From Malacoraja senta (taxonomy: Eukaryota): a stretch of DNA of 64,000 bases. The notes under the pieces were generated by a model. It was not told the DNA's origin and did not search any database. It worked only from the letters and a program-made list of their open reading frames with translations. The stretch is from the NCBI GenBank assembly GCA_038087875.1, contig CM075992.1, positions 1,056,001-1,120,000 on the forward strand. Direction: 5' to 3'. Made by a program: the position numbers and the translations under genes. How positions within the stretch are numbered: position 1 is the first letter of the stretch; each line of letters begins with the position of its first letter. Positions 1 to 13,355 of the stretch are shown piece by piece.

Positions 1-1864
1 TAACAATAATTAGAATTCAAAAGCTCACAATACCAAGATAAGAAACCGTATGCATCTAATTTGTGCAATAAGAATTCCACTATGTCAACAATATGCTTCT
101 GATTACCTGCATATACTGGACAGCAAGATTCATTCAGTGTAAACATTTTGCTGTACAAACCTTGCCTTAACATGCAAGAGACAAAATCAGCAACTGCTTT
201 TCAAACTAGTGTGCCCATCCAGGGGTGAAATGTTAACATTGAAATCTGCATTTGAGATACAGGCAGTTTCCAGATTACGCTAGGGTTCTTTTTTTAATTT
301 AAAAAATATATAATTGCTCTGCATACAATTACTGTAGTCCTCTCAATTAGAATAATCTCCAACATTACCCAAATAAAACTAATGGAATATGAAGTCTTTA
401 ATAACACAAAACGTGTTATTATAATCAGCTTTAACATGTTATTATTACCATATTGAAAAATGCATGGGGGAATTGGTGTCGAGATAGTTTTCCATAAGTC
501 AGATGATTTGTAACTCAAGTGGCCTCTATTTTTAGATATTATAAACCAGTTTGATTTATTAACCTTACTTAATGATTACCAAAAGCAACCTTAAATGTCA
601 AAATGTTTTTTTACCAGTGGAGCATCTTAAGAGGGCAGGTGCATGATCAGAGGGTGGTCAACTGAGCTACACTTTGTAGATAATTTGGAATTCTCTACTC
701 TGTGGGGCAACAAGAGCTGCATCATTGGGGTATTTAGAGGAAGTCAGTTGCCTGGTATCAAACCAGTGTACAAATAGGGAAAGTAACAAGGTTACTATCT
801 ATTATTTAGGAAAAGTATTACGGTTCAAATTTTACAACTTCCCTTTGACTTGCAATTACCACAGGACATACAACTTTTCATTACAAAGTACATGAAATAC
901 CAAATTTTGGCTGAAATCAACAAAATGACAATTGATAACATTGGAAGCCTGCTCTGAAAGTTGTACATACTCAGTCCAAAAGCAATTTTAATTTAGATTA
1001 CTGTCCAAGGGATAGCTAAAGACAACCAAAGCTTCCAGTATTATTCATCAACTCGTAACACAATAGTGTTAACAAAAGCAGAAATAAAGTATTAAAAACA
1101 CATTTTAATATACGATTATTCAGACACAAAACAGGATTGAATTAATGTTAACCAATACTGAAAACAAATTCAGCTCTTCAAAAAAAATACAGCTCAGGCA
1201 GCATTTGAGAGAGGGAACACTTAATATTCTGGGCTGATAACCTTTCATCTGCTCTCCATATGCTGCCTGACCTATAGAGAATTTCCAGCCCTCGGTTTAT
1301 TTGCTGCGGTCCAATTATATGCATAACAGAAACCACAAACTACAAATACTAGTTTACAAAAATAAAAAGACAAAAAGTGAAGGAGCAAATGAGCAGGTCA
1401 GGTAACAACCCGGAACCCTAAAATGTCACCTATGCATGTTCCACATCTGACAATTAATTTATCCAATTCTGTATTTTTATTTACCTGCTCTATAACATTA
1501 TATTATTCGTGTTCTAGAATTATTCAACCAGGAAGTAGAGTTAGACAAGACCATCACCAGTTTAAAAGTGATGTGACAGAATGCAATTAAACTACAACAA
1601 TAGATGAAATAAAAGTTTTTGGGATGCATTTAGACCAAATGTGATTCCACCACATATAAGATAGAAGACAATAACCAACAGCCAAAACCACACAAAGCCA
1701 GTAAGCTCCTGCAAAAGATCCGAGTCACGAATGATGACAAAGTAGTTTAGGCGCGAATTCTAAACGAAAGTTATGCATTCCAAAGATGAACCAAATGCTC
1801 AAAGACAGGGTCCATTCTTGCATGCAGTTTTTTTGTGTGCACTGTGGCCTGACCATTGCAATAC

Positions 1865-1980
1865 CTGAAACACAAACATGTGACGTCCAGCAGGGACAGG
1901 TCCCACCAGCACCGAGTCCAGCACCTGGTCGTGCTCCTCGCTCTCCGCAGAGCCCACGTAGATAATTTTCCACTCCAGAT
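1865..1980 (-). CDS. ASF1B: ASF1 histone chaperone, coding exon 2 (116 bp; DLEWKIIYVGSAESEEHDQVLDSVLVGPVPAGRHMFVFQ)
   Basis: Pyrimidine-rich acceptor ending TTTTAG (AG at 1982-1981) and GTAT donor at 1864. 109+116 = 225 nt, in frame. Exons 3-4 were not seen in 1-1864 and presumably lie left of the window. Confidence 0.93.
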
Positions 1981-2039
1981 CTAAAAGAGGAAGGCAGTAA
2001 AGAATAAAACGGAACAATAAATAGATGGGCAACGCACAA

Positions 2040-2660
2040 TGTGTGCAAGTGGCCGCTGTGCCCCGGGCCGCGCCACAACGGCAGATTGACAACCCGCGGT
2101 CTCCATTGATGCAACAAAAAAAAAAAAAACACCCCCCGAAGGCGCCAATTGTCACCCGGCCCAGCCCGGCCCGGCCCTCACCGTCAGGCAGGTCCTCGAT
2201 GCACTCGAAGGTGATCTCAAACTGGAAGGGGTTGTTGAAGGGAGACGGGTTGTCCAGGACCACCACGTTCAGCACCTGCACTTTGGCCATCGTGAATGAG
2301 GGATGGAGGGAGGAGGAGGAGGTGGGGAGGGGAGTGTTTGTGTGGGGAGAAAGGGGCGGTTGTCTGCCTGTTTACACGGGGCCCCGCGCTCCGTGGCCGC
2401 ACGCAGGCGCACAGCTCCCGCTTGCATCCGCCGGCCGCCTCCCTCACACTGCGCGCCTCCCGCCAACGCGCGCCTTTATACTGGCGGCCGGCCGGCCGGC
2501 CTCGCGAGAGCGCACCCCCCCCACCCTACCCTACCCCGCCCCCCCCCCCCCACCCCCACCCAACCACACGGGCGCCGGCGGGAGCGGGAGCGGGAAAGGG
2601 AGAAGGCCCGATGGCGGCGGGAGTCAGGTCTGTGAGGGGGGCGAGCGATTGCTCAACTAC
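2040..2660 (-). promoter_or_regulatory. CpG island / ASF1 promoter with TATA-like and E2F-like motifs
   Basis: GC/CpG-rich stretch in AT-rich surroundings spanning exon 1. Minus-strand TATAAA at 2480-2475, TTTCCCGC (E2F-like) at about 2592-2599, and GC boxes. Confidence 0.75.
2182..2290 (-). CDS. ASF1B: ASF1 histone chaperone, coding exon 1 (109 bp; MAKVQVLNVVVLDNPSPFNNPFQFEITFECIEDLPD)
   Basis: Near-invariant ASF1 N-terminus. ATG at 2290-2288 and GTGAGG donor directly after 2182. Paralog B is inferred from L7/P35 residues and from same-strand neighbourhood with ADGRL1, as at the human ASF1B locus. Confidence 0.93.
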
Positions 2661-2872
2661 TGACAGCAGATGCTGCACCACTCAATCGACAATTAGACAA
2701 TAGGTCTATTTTAAGTTTTTTAAGTCAAGACTAAAAACGAATCTATCTATACTCCCAAGCCTTTCCTGACGTCCTCTTCAGTGAGGGCTACATACATGTA
2801 TGTGGTTTGTTTTGTTTGTGCTATTCTTATAACAAATGTAAAGCACTTTGGCCAACGAGGGTTGTTTCTTAA

Positions 2873-2959
2873 GAAGGGTTTCGGCCCGAAACGTTGCCTA
2901 TTTCCTTCGCTCCATAGATGCTGCTGCACCTGCTGAGTTTCTCCAGCATTTTTGTGTAC
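2873..2959 (+). mobile_element. 5'-truncated Penelope pLTR insert
   Basis: 17-bp direct repeat CGAGGGTTGTTTCTTAA at 2856-2872 and 2960-2976. The insert begins inside the hammerhead core. Confidence 0.8.
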
Positions 2960-3012
2960 CGAGGGTTGTTTCTTAAATGTGCTATATAAATAAATGTGAC
3001 TTGACTTGACTT

Positions 3013-4205
3013 GAGGTGCAGGAGTAGGCCATTCGGCCCTTCGAGCCAGCACCGCCATTCAATGTGATCATGGCTGATCATCCCCAATCAGTACCCCCCG
3101 TTCCTGCCTCCCCCCCATATCCCCTGACTCCGCTATCTTTAAGAGCCCTATCTAGCTCTCTCTTGAAAGCATCCAGAGAACCTGCCTCCACCGCCCTCTT
3201 TGAGGCAGAGAATTCCACAGACTCACCATTCTCTGTGAGAAAAAGTGTTTCCTCGCCTCCGTTCTAAATGGCTTACCCCTTATTCTTAAACTGTGTGGCC
3301 CCCGGTTCCGGACTCCCCCAACATCGGGAACATGTTTCCTGCCTCTAGCGTGTCCAAACCCTTAACAATCTTATATATTTCAATGAGATTCCCTCTCATC
3401 CTTCTAAACTGCAGAGTGTACAAGCCCAGCTGCTCCATTCTCTCAGCATATGACAGTCCCGCCGTTCCTCCGAATTTGAGGCAGGACATTCTTGCTATTG
3501 AGGGAGTGCAGCCCAGGTTAATTCCCGGGATGGCGGGACTGACATATGATGAGAGAATGGCTCAACTGGGCTTGTATTCACTGGAATTTAGAAGGATGAG
3601 AGGGAGATCTTATAGAAACATATACAATTATTAAGGGATTGGACGGGCTAGGTGCAGGAAAAAAGTTCCCCATGTTGCGGGAGTCCAGAACCAGGGGTCA
3701 CAGTTTAAGAATAAGGGGTCGGACAATTAGGACTGAGATGAGGAAAATCCTCTTCACCCAGAAGGGCCTGTCCCACTTGGGCGTCATTTGTGAGTCATTT
3801 ACGAAACATCATTTACGCGTCATGAAGCACGCGTCATGCGCGCATGGCGCTTGGTGAGGCGTGGTGGCGTAGGCAGTGACGCGCGGTGCCCCAGGATTTT
3901 GGGATTCACAAAATCTTCGGGCGCCACCTGCGTGACACGCAAATGACGCCCAAGTTGGATAGGCCCTAGAGAGTTGTGAATCTGGAATTCTCTGCCACAG
4001 AAGGCAGTGGACACCAATTCACTGGATGTTTTCAAAAGAGAGTTAGATCTAGCTCATAGGGCTAATGGAGTCAAGGGGATATGGGGAGAAAGCAGGAACG
4101 GGGTAATGATTCTGGATGATCTGCCATGATCACATTGAATGGTGGTGCTGGCTCAAAGGGCCGAATGGCCTACTCCTGCACCTATTGCCTGTGTGTCTAT
4201 GTATG
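3013..4205. mobile_element. Two CR1 LINE 3' fragments in opposite orientation
   Basis: LGLYSLEFRRMRG / SRTRGHSLRI / NLWNSLP motifs on both strands; junction near 3465. Confidence 0.85.
3763..3967. mobile_element. PIF/Harbinger-type MITE
   Basis: TIR AGGGCCTGTCCCACTTGGGCGTCATTTG with a matching inverted end; 3-bp TSD AGA; interrupts a CR1 fragment. Confidence 0.8.
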
Positions 4206-4286
4206 GGACTGCAGATGCTGCTTTACACTGAAGATAGACACAAAATGCTGGAGTAACTCAGCGGGACGAAGGAATGGGTGACTTTC

Positions 4287-4322
4287 GGGTCTGAAGAAGG
4301 GTTTGAACCCGAAACGTCACCC
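4287..4322 (+). ncRNA. Minimal hammerhead motif with 4-bp stem I
   Basis: GGGT-CTGAAGA-A-GGGTT(TG)AACCC-GAAAC-GTC-ACCC; stem II has the compensated pair change TC/GA to TT/AA. Confidence 0.65.
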
Positions 4323-6373
4323 ATTCCTTCTCTCCACAGATGCTGCCAATCCCACTGAGTTACTCCAGCGTTTTGTATCTATCTACCATCTACCTCTTTG
4401 GTGACCCTCGGCCTATCTTTGATCGGACTTTGCTGGCTTTACCTTGCACTAAACATTATTCCCTTATTGGCAAATCAAATTCCATGTATGTTTTTACATG
4501 CTTGTCTAATAAATTAATTAGTTATATTTACACTGTGGATGGCTCAATTGTCATCATGTATTGTCTTTCTGCTGACTGGTTAGCACGCATCAAAAGCTTT
4601 TCACTGTACCTTGGTACACGTGATAATAAACAGAACTGAAACTGGGTGGATAGGTGGGCTAGTGAGTTTGATGAGGCGTCGGAGCTCGGTCACCTCCCTC
4701 TGTGTGGCTGGCGGGTGGCGAATGGTCGGGCTGTAATTTGGACTCATTATTCCTAATTTCATGTCACAGGAGATGCATCCAAGGGGAAAATTATGACAAC
4801 TTCCAATTTCCTGGCCGTTTGCAATTGTGGAGGTACAAATCACTCCGGGAATCATCTGATGTTCACTATACCCTTCTGCTCAACTTAACAGAACTGAACC
4901 GAGGTGAATGTGCTTTTGTACTGGGATGTACTGAGCTGTATGCAAAAAATGTATTGCACTGTACCTGCTATGCATGACAATAAAGAAACCATTGACATTG
5001 AGCTGTGGGTATGGTTCTGTTAGGGAATCTTCATCTGCTGTTTCATAAGACCATAACACATAGCAGCAGAATTAGGCCATTTGGCCCATCACGTCTACTC
5101 TGCCATTCAATCATGGCTGATCTATCTCTCCCCCTCAATCCCATTCTCCTGCTTTCTCTGCGTAACCCCTGACAACCATACTAATCAAGTACAATAATCT
5201 AAGATTCCAACATCTGCTATCAGAGGCTATCATTCCAGAGGCTGAGGGGTGATCTGAGGTTTATAGACAATAGGTGCAGGAGTAGGCCATTCGGCTCTTC
5301 GAGCCAGCACCGCCATTCAATGTGATCATGGCTGATCATCCCCAATCAGTACTGCGTTCCTGCCTTCTCCCCATATCCCTTGATTCCGCTATCTTTAAGA
5401 GCTAACTCTCTTATCTAACTCTCTCTTGAAAGCATCCAGAGAATTTTCCTCCACTGCCTTCTGAGGCAGAGAATTCCACGGATTCAGAACTCTGGGTGAA
5501 AACGATTTTCCTCATCTCTGTTCTAAATGGCTGACCCCTTATTCTTAATCATACAAGTATGATGAATTAAGTATACGATCAAGTATATTCTTAAGTATAC
5601 AATCATGAGAGGAATAGATAAGGTGTCTTTACCCAGAGTAGGATAATCTATAACCAGTGGACATGGGTTTAAGATGAGATGAAGAAAAATCAAGAATGGC
5701 AAGAATGTTTTATTGTCATATGTCCCATTTGGAACAATGAAATTCTTGCTTGCAACAACACAACAGAATATATAAACATTGTACTGTAGAAAAACATGCC
5801 CTATACATCTCCTTTAAATGTTCCCTATCAGACCTTAAAGCCATGATGCCCTCGTCTTGGTGTGATGAGAAGAAAAGGCTTTCTTCTCTAGCCTTTGTCC
5901 ACCCATCTGCCAACTAAACCTTCTTCCTCTGTATCAACCTGACACTTCATAAATTAATAAGTCATAGGAACAGAATTAGGCCCATCAAGTCTACCCCGCC
6001 ACTCAATCATGGCTGATCTATTTTTCCCTCTTAACTTCACTCTCCTGCCCTCTCCCCATAACCCCTGACACCCTTACTAATCAAGAATCTGTCGATCTTC
6101 CCGTTAAAATACCCAATGACGGCCTCAACAGCCGTCTATGGCAATGAATTCCACAGACTTGACACCCTCTGACAAAATTAATTCCTCTTCATCTCTTTTC
6201 TAAAGGTAAGTCTTTTTATTCTGAGGCTATGTCCTGGTTCTAGACCGTCCCACTAATGAAAGCATCCTCTTCACATCCACTCTCTCCAGGCTTTTCACTA
6301 TTCGGTAAGTTTCAATGAAGTTCTGCCCTCCTTACTCCAATGAGTACAGGCCCAGTGCCGTTAAACACTCATT

Positions 6374-8933
6374 GTTTCTCAGAATACATCCGAATATCCA
6401 TGGTTATAATACAAAATACTCAAATAATAAAATATCATTATATGCAGATGTACTATTATATATTACAAAATCACAAATCAGTATACCAAATATATTAAAT
6501 CTAATAGAGGAATTTGGATCCTTTTCAGGATATAGAATAAATTGGAATAAAAGTGAAATTATGACGATAAAATCTCAAGACTCAACACACCTGTTAAAAT
6601 TCCCTTTTAAAATTGCTTCAGAAAAATTCAAATATTTGGGAATTGAAATTACTAGAAAATATAAATCTTTATTTAATGCAAACTATATGCCCTTACTCAA
6701 TAAACTAAACACACTGATTAAATTTTGGAAAACTCTTCCGATGTCTCTAATAGGCCGAATAAATGCTATAAAAATGATTTTTTTTACCACAAATTTTATA
6801 CCTATTCCGATCAATACCGATATACTTACCAACATTTTAAAAAAAAACTGGATGCCGATATCACAAATTTTATATGGGACTATAAATCCCACGGGCAGGC
6901 GGTTACTGGCGGTGAAGCGCGGCGTCCCGGGAAGCGGGGACCGTGCGGCTACCGCTGGAGCGCCGCGCGTATGCCGCGGGAGAGCCGCTCGGATGCGTCC
7001 CTCGAGCATGCGGTAAGTTAAACCTTACCGGAAGCTGTTGCCGCGCGTATGCCGGGTGGTCACCGCACGGCCTGTCCCACGGGCCGACTGGAATGGACGT
7101 CGCGCGGCATCGGGTGATGACGTCATCGCGCAACGCGCTACGCGATGACGTCGAGACGGCTCGCGGTGTACAGGCGGTGCTCGCGGCGCACTGGCGATGC
7201 TCGTGGCGAAGAGGCGGCGGCTGTGCGGTAGGCCGAGATTTTTTAACAGTCAGCTATTCTGAGCACCGCACGGTGTCGGGACCAACTACATACGGTCTGG
7301 GCGGTCTGCGTGGGACCGACCCCGCGGGCCATGCGTGGTCTCTGGCGATCCACACGCGGTCCCAACTTCCTGCTACACCGCCAGTAACCGCCTGCCCGTG
7401 GGACAGGCCTTTAAAGAATTTGGCGGATTAACACTCCCTAATTTTTTGTATTATTATTGGGCAGCAAATGTCAAAAATATGATTCACCTGTTGGACAATT
7501 CGGCCCAGCAGGTGGATTGGATAGTAATGGAGAGAGAGGATTGTTCCCCTTTTAATATAGGAGTGATCCTTCTCTCACCAACAAAATTGAAGAATACAAT
7601 ATATAGTAAAAATCCAATTATTCATAGTACAATTAGAATTTGGAAACAAATAAAATTAACTTTAAAATTAAGAAATCTATCGCTTCTTTCACCTATAGTG
7701 AATAATCCGTCGTTTAAACCATCTATTATAGATAAATCTTTTACACACTGGGACAGATTAGGAATTAAAACGCTTGGAGATATGTATGATAATGGAAGTT
7801 TTTTATCATTTCACCAACTACAACTTAAATACAATTTGAGTAGTAATCAATATTTTAAATATTTTCAAATCCGTGACTATTTGAAAAAATATACACAAGA
7901 ATATCAAAATTTGTCTCCAGACCTATTAGACGATGCAATGAATATAAAGGCGGAATCAACTAATTTAATATCATACTTGTATAATACCATCCTAAATATA
8001 GAAATACCATCATCTGATAGGATTAGAAGAGATTGGGAACAAGAACTAGCTATAAAAATCTCGAAAGAGAGTTGGGATAAACACTTGTTATATGTGCATA
8101 AATGCTCGATTAACGTAAGACACATTCTAATTCAATTTAAAATTTTACATAGACTATACTACTCAAAAGCTAAAATAAGTAAATTTTACCCAAATGTCTC
8201 TTCCATCTGTGATAAATGTCTAACCCAAGAAGCAACTATAGCACATTCTTTTGTTTTTTGTATAAATATTTTGGAATGAAATCTTTGAAATTTTTACGAA
8301 ATTATTTAAAATAAAACTGAAACCGAATGTAGAACTGATTATTTTTGGAACAATCGAAGCCAGTTTGGAGCTGACTTCATTTCAAAAGAGCTTCCTTAAT
8401 TATGGCTTAATAATGGCAAAAAAACTTATACTGAAATTCTGGAAAAACGCTCCCACGCCAACGATAAAAATGTGGATTTCTAATATGTCGGAACTGTTAC
8501 ACCTAGAAGATATAAGATTCTGCTTAGCAGGTAAACCAGACCATTTCCAAAAGATTTGGTCTCCATTTATCGACTTATTACAAATATAGGGTGCAACAAA
8601 ATGTTGAAAATGAATGGTTTCAGGACCTGGTGAGGGGTGAGTAAAGATATGAAGTAGGTACATCCCTTTTATCTTGTCTTATCTTATCTTACTTTTTTCT
8701 TCTTTTGTTTTTTTTTGTTTAACTCATTCTTGTGGTTTAGGTCCCTACGGGTTTCCCTGGACTACTCTTTCACTCACTTACTATCTCTGCTAACTCTCTC
8801 TATCCTTTTTCTTATTAAAGTTTAAAATAAGAAGTGGTACAAGAAATGTATAATTTTATGTTTGTTTGAGATCACTGCACTGTACAATACTTCTAATTAA
8901 AAAAATAAAAATAAAAATAAAAATAAAAATAAA
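6374..8933 (+). mobile_element. 5'-truncated L1-clade LINE (ORF2 RT C-half to zinc knuckle, 3' UTR, A-rich tail)
   Basis: ISLYADVLLYI, FGSFSGYRINWNKSE, FKYLGI, GRINAIKM, FGGLTLPNF, CDKC...HSFVFC; several frameshifts; (AAAAAT)n tail at about 8899-8933. Confidence 0.9.
6887..7411. mobile_element. PIF/Harbinger-type MITE inside L1 ORF2, left tip deleted
   Basis: 28-bp perfect inverted repeat TCCCACGGGCAGGCGGTTACTGGCGGTG. Right end GTGGGACAGGCCTT followed by TAA. GC-rich block in an AT-rich L1. Confidence 0.8.
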
Positions 8934-9885
8934 CCTCCTCTGGACCCTCTGCAACGCCAGCACATCCTTCCTCAGATATGGGGCCCAAAACGGCTCACAA
9001 TACTTCAAATGCGGTCCGACCAGTGCCTTAAAGCCTCAGCATTACATAGTCCTCAACAACACCTCTTGTGTCAATGTCAACAAAACCAAGGAAACTTCAT
9101 AAAGGGAAAGGTGGGCGATCACTGGGGTAGTGGTGGCTCGAGAGTTAGCAGCTTCAAATATCCAACACGTAAGTGTAATCACAAAGAAGGTGCGTCTGCC
9201 CATCTATTTTCTTCGAAGTTTAAAGAACTTCAGCAGTCACTGAAAAAGCTTCTACCCTTGCGCCATTGAAAGTGTCCTGGCTGGTTGAATCATGACCTTG
9301 TCGGGCAACACAGGAACACACGAGGCTGCAGGGAATGAGGGGCTCAGCCCAATTTATCACAGACACGGCCCTCCCCACTATTGGGAGTATCTACACGACC
9401 TCAAGAAGGCAGCATTTATCTTCAAGGATCCCCACTCTCTGGGTAAGGCCCTCTTCTCTCTCCAACTGTAGAGCAGGAGGTACAAAAGCCTGAAAAGCCA
9501 CACCACCAACTATGGGAACAGCTCTTTATTAAAGCTGTCAGGTTGTTGAACCAACCTGCACAACCCTAATTCTACGTCAGCAAAGGAACACACTGACCGT
9601 GGACTTGTATTTTTAAGATTGTTTTTGCAATAGTGTCTTGTTTGTGAACAGTCTTTATTTTCCTTTTTACTATGGTGCAGAATTTATGTGTAATTTTATG
9701 TATAATTTATGTTTTATGTGTGTTGTCCGATATTCAGCAGCCACAAATGCAGAGACTCGTACTTCAGTGTTGTTTAGAAATACAGCGGGGGAAAAGGCAC
9801 TTCGGCCCACCGACCGGCGATTCCCGCACTCGAGCAATACCCTACACGCTAGGGACAATTTTAAATTCTTACCTAAGCTATTTAA

Positions 9886-10202
9886 AGGGCCTGTCCCACT
9901 TACGCTACTTTTTCGGCGACTGCCGGCACCCGTCATAGGTCGTTGCAGGTCGGCGAAAATTTTCAACAGCGGCGACCAGAAAGACGCTACGACTCTTTGG
10001 GCGACTGAGGAGACGACTCGCGGCCATACGGGCGACATGTCGTGGGGTGAATCCTGTATGGTCGTGAGTAGTCGCCCAAAACGTCGTACCTTGTTCTGGT
10101 CGCCGCTGGATTTTCAACATGTTATACATTTTCAGCGACCTGTAACGACCTATGACGGGTGCCGGCAGTCGCCGAAAAAGTTGTATAAGTGTGACAGGCC
10201 CA
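9886..10202. mobile_element. PIF/Harbinger-type MITE
   Basis: Long TIRs starting AGGGCCTGTCCCACTTA; TSD TAA; interrupts a V-SINE. Confidence 0.85.
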
Positions 10203-11481
10203 TAACCTACAGACCTGTACGTCTTTGGAATGTGGAAGGTGTAGATTGATGATGCATGTGAATCAATCACACTTAGCTAGCATCACTAACTCCACCCCAT
10301 TATAACATTTATACTAATGCTCATTCCCAGCACCGTTAGTTGAAGCAGCCAGGATGAACTGACAACACCTCGCTCTGTAACGCTGCTAAGTTAAAGTGCT
10401 GAATAAAGATGTGTGTAAATCTTATATGCTTTGAAGTGATTTACAGAAGGAAACCAGAACACCTGGAGAAAACCCTTGGTGTCACAGGGAGGATGTACAT
10501 TCTCTGTATAAACAACACTCGCAGTCATGATTGAATCCGGGTCTAGTGTTGTAAGGCACCAACTCTACCGCTGTGCCACTGTGCAGCCCACACATAATAT
10601 GCTAGTCTACACTTGTATCTCAGTCTGTATCTCACCACACTTGTGCATATGACCATAAATTTGCCTTGACTTGGTTGATCTTCAAAAGATGCCAGAGGAT
10701 CGCTAGTGTCCACCTGAGGGCTTGATGCTAAAAGATGCCCATCCTGCAGCCCAACAATCTTGGAGCAGTGGCCTGCATTATTCTGCTGCAGTCTCAGGAG
10801 TGTAAATGAACTAAACCTTTTGTTTTGCCATAGTTTCTGCTGAATTCCCTTCTTCCCTATTGCTCTTTCCATACATTTTAATAACAATTAAAACCATTTG
10901 TGAAACTGACACAATTACAAGGTAATTTACAAGGTGCAATTCTTGCAGTGCTGCTGCCTCTTCGAATATCTCTAACGATGAGTTATAGTTGAGATGAAAG
11001 CTGTTCTTTCTGAGCGTCCTTTGTTGGTGTTTACACTCCTTAAGGCTTCCTGCCACGATGTTAACTTCAATTCAACCCATCAACATAACCTTCCATTTGA
11101 TTCCTTTATTTTTCATATTGATTTCTTCAAAAGCTTTCTGCTACATGCTTTCATGTTATCTGCCTTCACCACATCAGTCCTTCTGCATTCCTTAATCAAA
11201 TGTGCTTTCGGCTCTTTAACAGTAACTGTTCAAATTAGTGTAGCTGCCATCAATGCAGGTGGATTACAGCAAGGCAGCCAGCATCATCAGAGACCCATCC
11301 TGGCCACACACTCATCTCACCCCTGCCACCGGGAAGAAGGTACAGGAGCCTGAAAACTGTAACATACAGGTTCAGGAACAGCTTCCCAACAGCCATCAGG
11401 CTATTAAACATGACAACCTCAAATAAGCTCTGAACTACTATAAACTATTATTATTATTGCACTATTATTGTTTGTTTTTTA

Positions 11482-11529
<48 letters not shown>

Positions 11530-12039
11530 GAATATATGTGGGTATGTGTATATATACACACACACTGAACTTTTTCTTCTCTATTATATTGTTTACAGTG
11601 TACTATGTTTACATATTCTGTTGTGCTGCTGCAAGTAAGAATTGTTCGATCTGGGACATGTGACAATAAAACACTCTTGACTCTTGATCTCTGAACTCTG
11701 TTTCCAATCTATCTCAGACTGCTGGGTGAAAGGCTTTTTATTGGGAACTCAGTGTAGTTTCTGGTAGGCATCATAAGATCATGTCATAAGATCATAAGTG
11801 ATAGGAGCAGAATTAGGCCATTCGGCCCATCAAGTCTACTCCGTCATTCAATCATGGCTTATCTATCTATTCCCTCCTAACCCCATTCTCCTGCCTTCTC
11901 CCCATAACCTGACACCCGTCCCAAACAGAGACTTTTACTGGGAGTAGCCACAAAGTGGACAGCACGAAAAGTGAAAAAAATCCCCACCGCTGCAGTCAAG
12001 CCTATTCTCTGCATCTTCAGGCACTGTTCGGTAGGGGGT

Positions 12040-12405
12040 ACTCATAGCTGAATTAGAGGTTGTGGCTTTGAGTTTCATTTCAGAGATTGCAGCCCATAAT
12101 AGAGCCTGGATAGTTGTCACTCAGCCCTGAGGGAGTGCTGCACGGGGACAGCTGCCATCCTTCAGGCGAGACGTTCATTTGTCTGCCCTCTCAGATGTAT
12201 ATAAGAGATCCCATGGTATTATTTTGGAGAAGAGCTAGAGATTCCTTCTTGCTGTCCTGATCAATTTTTATACCTCATCCCACATCATAAAAGGCAGTGG
12301 TAATTTTGTTGATTGTTGTTTGTGGGAGCTTGCTGTGTTAAAATTGGCTGCAAAGCACTTTGAGGTGTCCTGAGGTCATGAAAGGCATTATATATATGCA
12401 AATCT
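12040..12405 (+). mobile_element. Old Deu-domain SINE (SacSINE/AmnSINE-like)
   Basis: TGAGGGAGTGCTGCAC, GTCTGCCCTCTCAG, AGATCCCATGG, TGTTTGTGGGAGCTTGCTGTG, AAATTGGCTGC blocks recognised from memory. A more degraded copy lies at about 28600-28835. Confidence 0.7.
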
Positions 12406-13355
12406 TCCTTCACTGTTGGAGGTAGCAATGTTGTACTTGTTTTGTAATTGCTCGATGTTGGCAGTAGGTGCCTGAAATAATAAAAGCATCCTATTCCCTG
12501 GCAATAATAACTAACTTAACGATGCACTAAATGCATTAAAAAAATCATTAAAATTTGTAATTAACATTGAATTTGTTTGTAATGTGCTTGAGAGACATGG
12601 TTATTAAAAAAATACAAAAGACAGGAGTATAAATATGTGCAAGAGAACTAAAATGTTTTGGGCCTGGGGATTGAAGGCCATTAAAAATACATAGGCCGTA
12701 TCACAAATGCCCTGCTCCAAATCGACCCCTACCCACAACTTGTCCCTTGTTTTTTTAAACACAAAATGCTTCTTTGGGGTCTCGACCCAAAACATCACCC
12801 ATTCCTTCTTTCCAGAGATGTTGCCTGTCCCACTGAGTTATTCCAGCAGTTGTATCTATCTTCGGTGTAAACCAGCATCTGCAGTTCCTTCCTACCCTTG
12901 TTTTTTTAAACCTGCATGTAGCGATTATACTATTCCAAGTAAGGATGGAGTTGACTGGGTGATGTCAACCAGCCTCTTGACCACATTGATGTAAATGACT
13001 AATTGAGTTAGAAACATAGAAACATAGAAATTAGGCGCAGGAGTAGGCCATTCGGCCCTTCGAGCCTGCACTGCCATTCAATATGATCATGGCTGATCAT
13101 CCAACTCAGTATCCCGTACCTGCCTTCTCTCCATACCCTCTGATCCCTTTAGCCACAAGGGCCAGTTGATGCATATAATCCCTTTGTTATGATTATCTAC
13201 TTTTTCTGCAAAAGTAAACACTTTTATCGGGAGAATTCTCACTCAGAGTATGGCAAGTATATAGAATGGGCTGCCAGAGGAGGTAGCTGAGACAGGTACT
13301 AGAAACAGCATTTGAAAGACACTCGGATAGGTACATGGATACAAAAGGTTTACAG

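Noticed and set aside
2025..2703. Plus-strand Pro/Gly/Arg-rich ORFs over the ASF1 promoter
   Set aside because: Stop-poor GC-rich CpG island with no recognisable domain.
10811..11240. Possible minus-strand exon or transposase remnant
   Set aside because: Frames are broken by stops and there is no match I can recognise to ADGRL1 or a known family.
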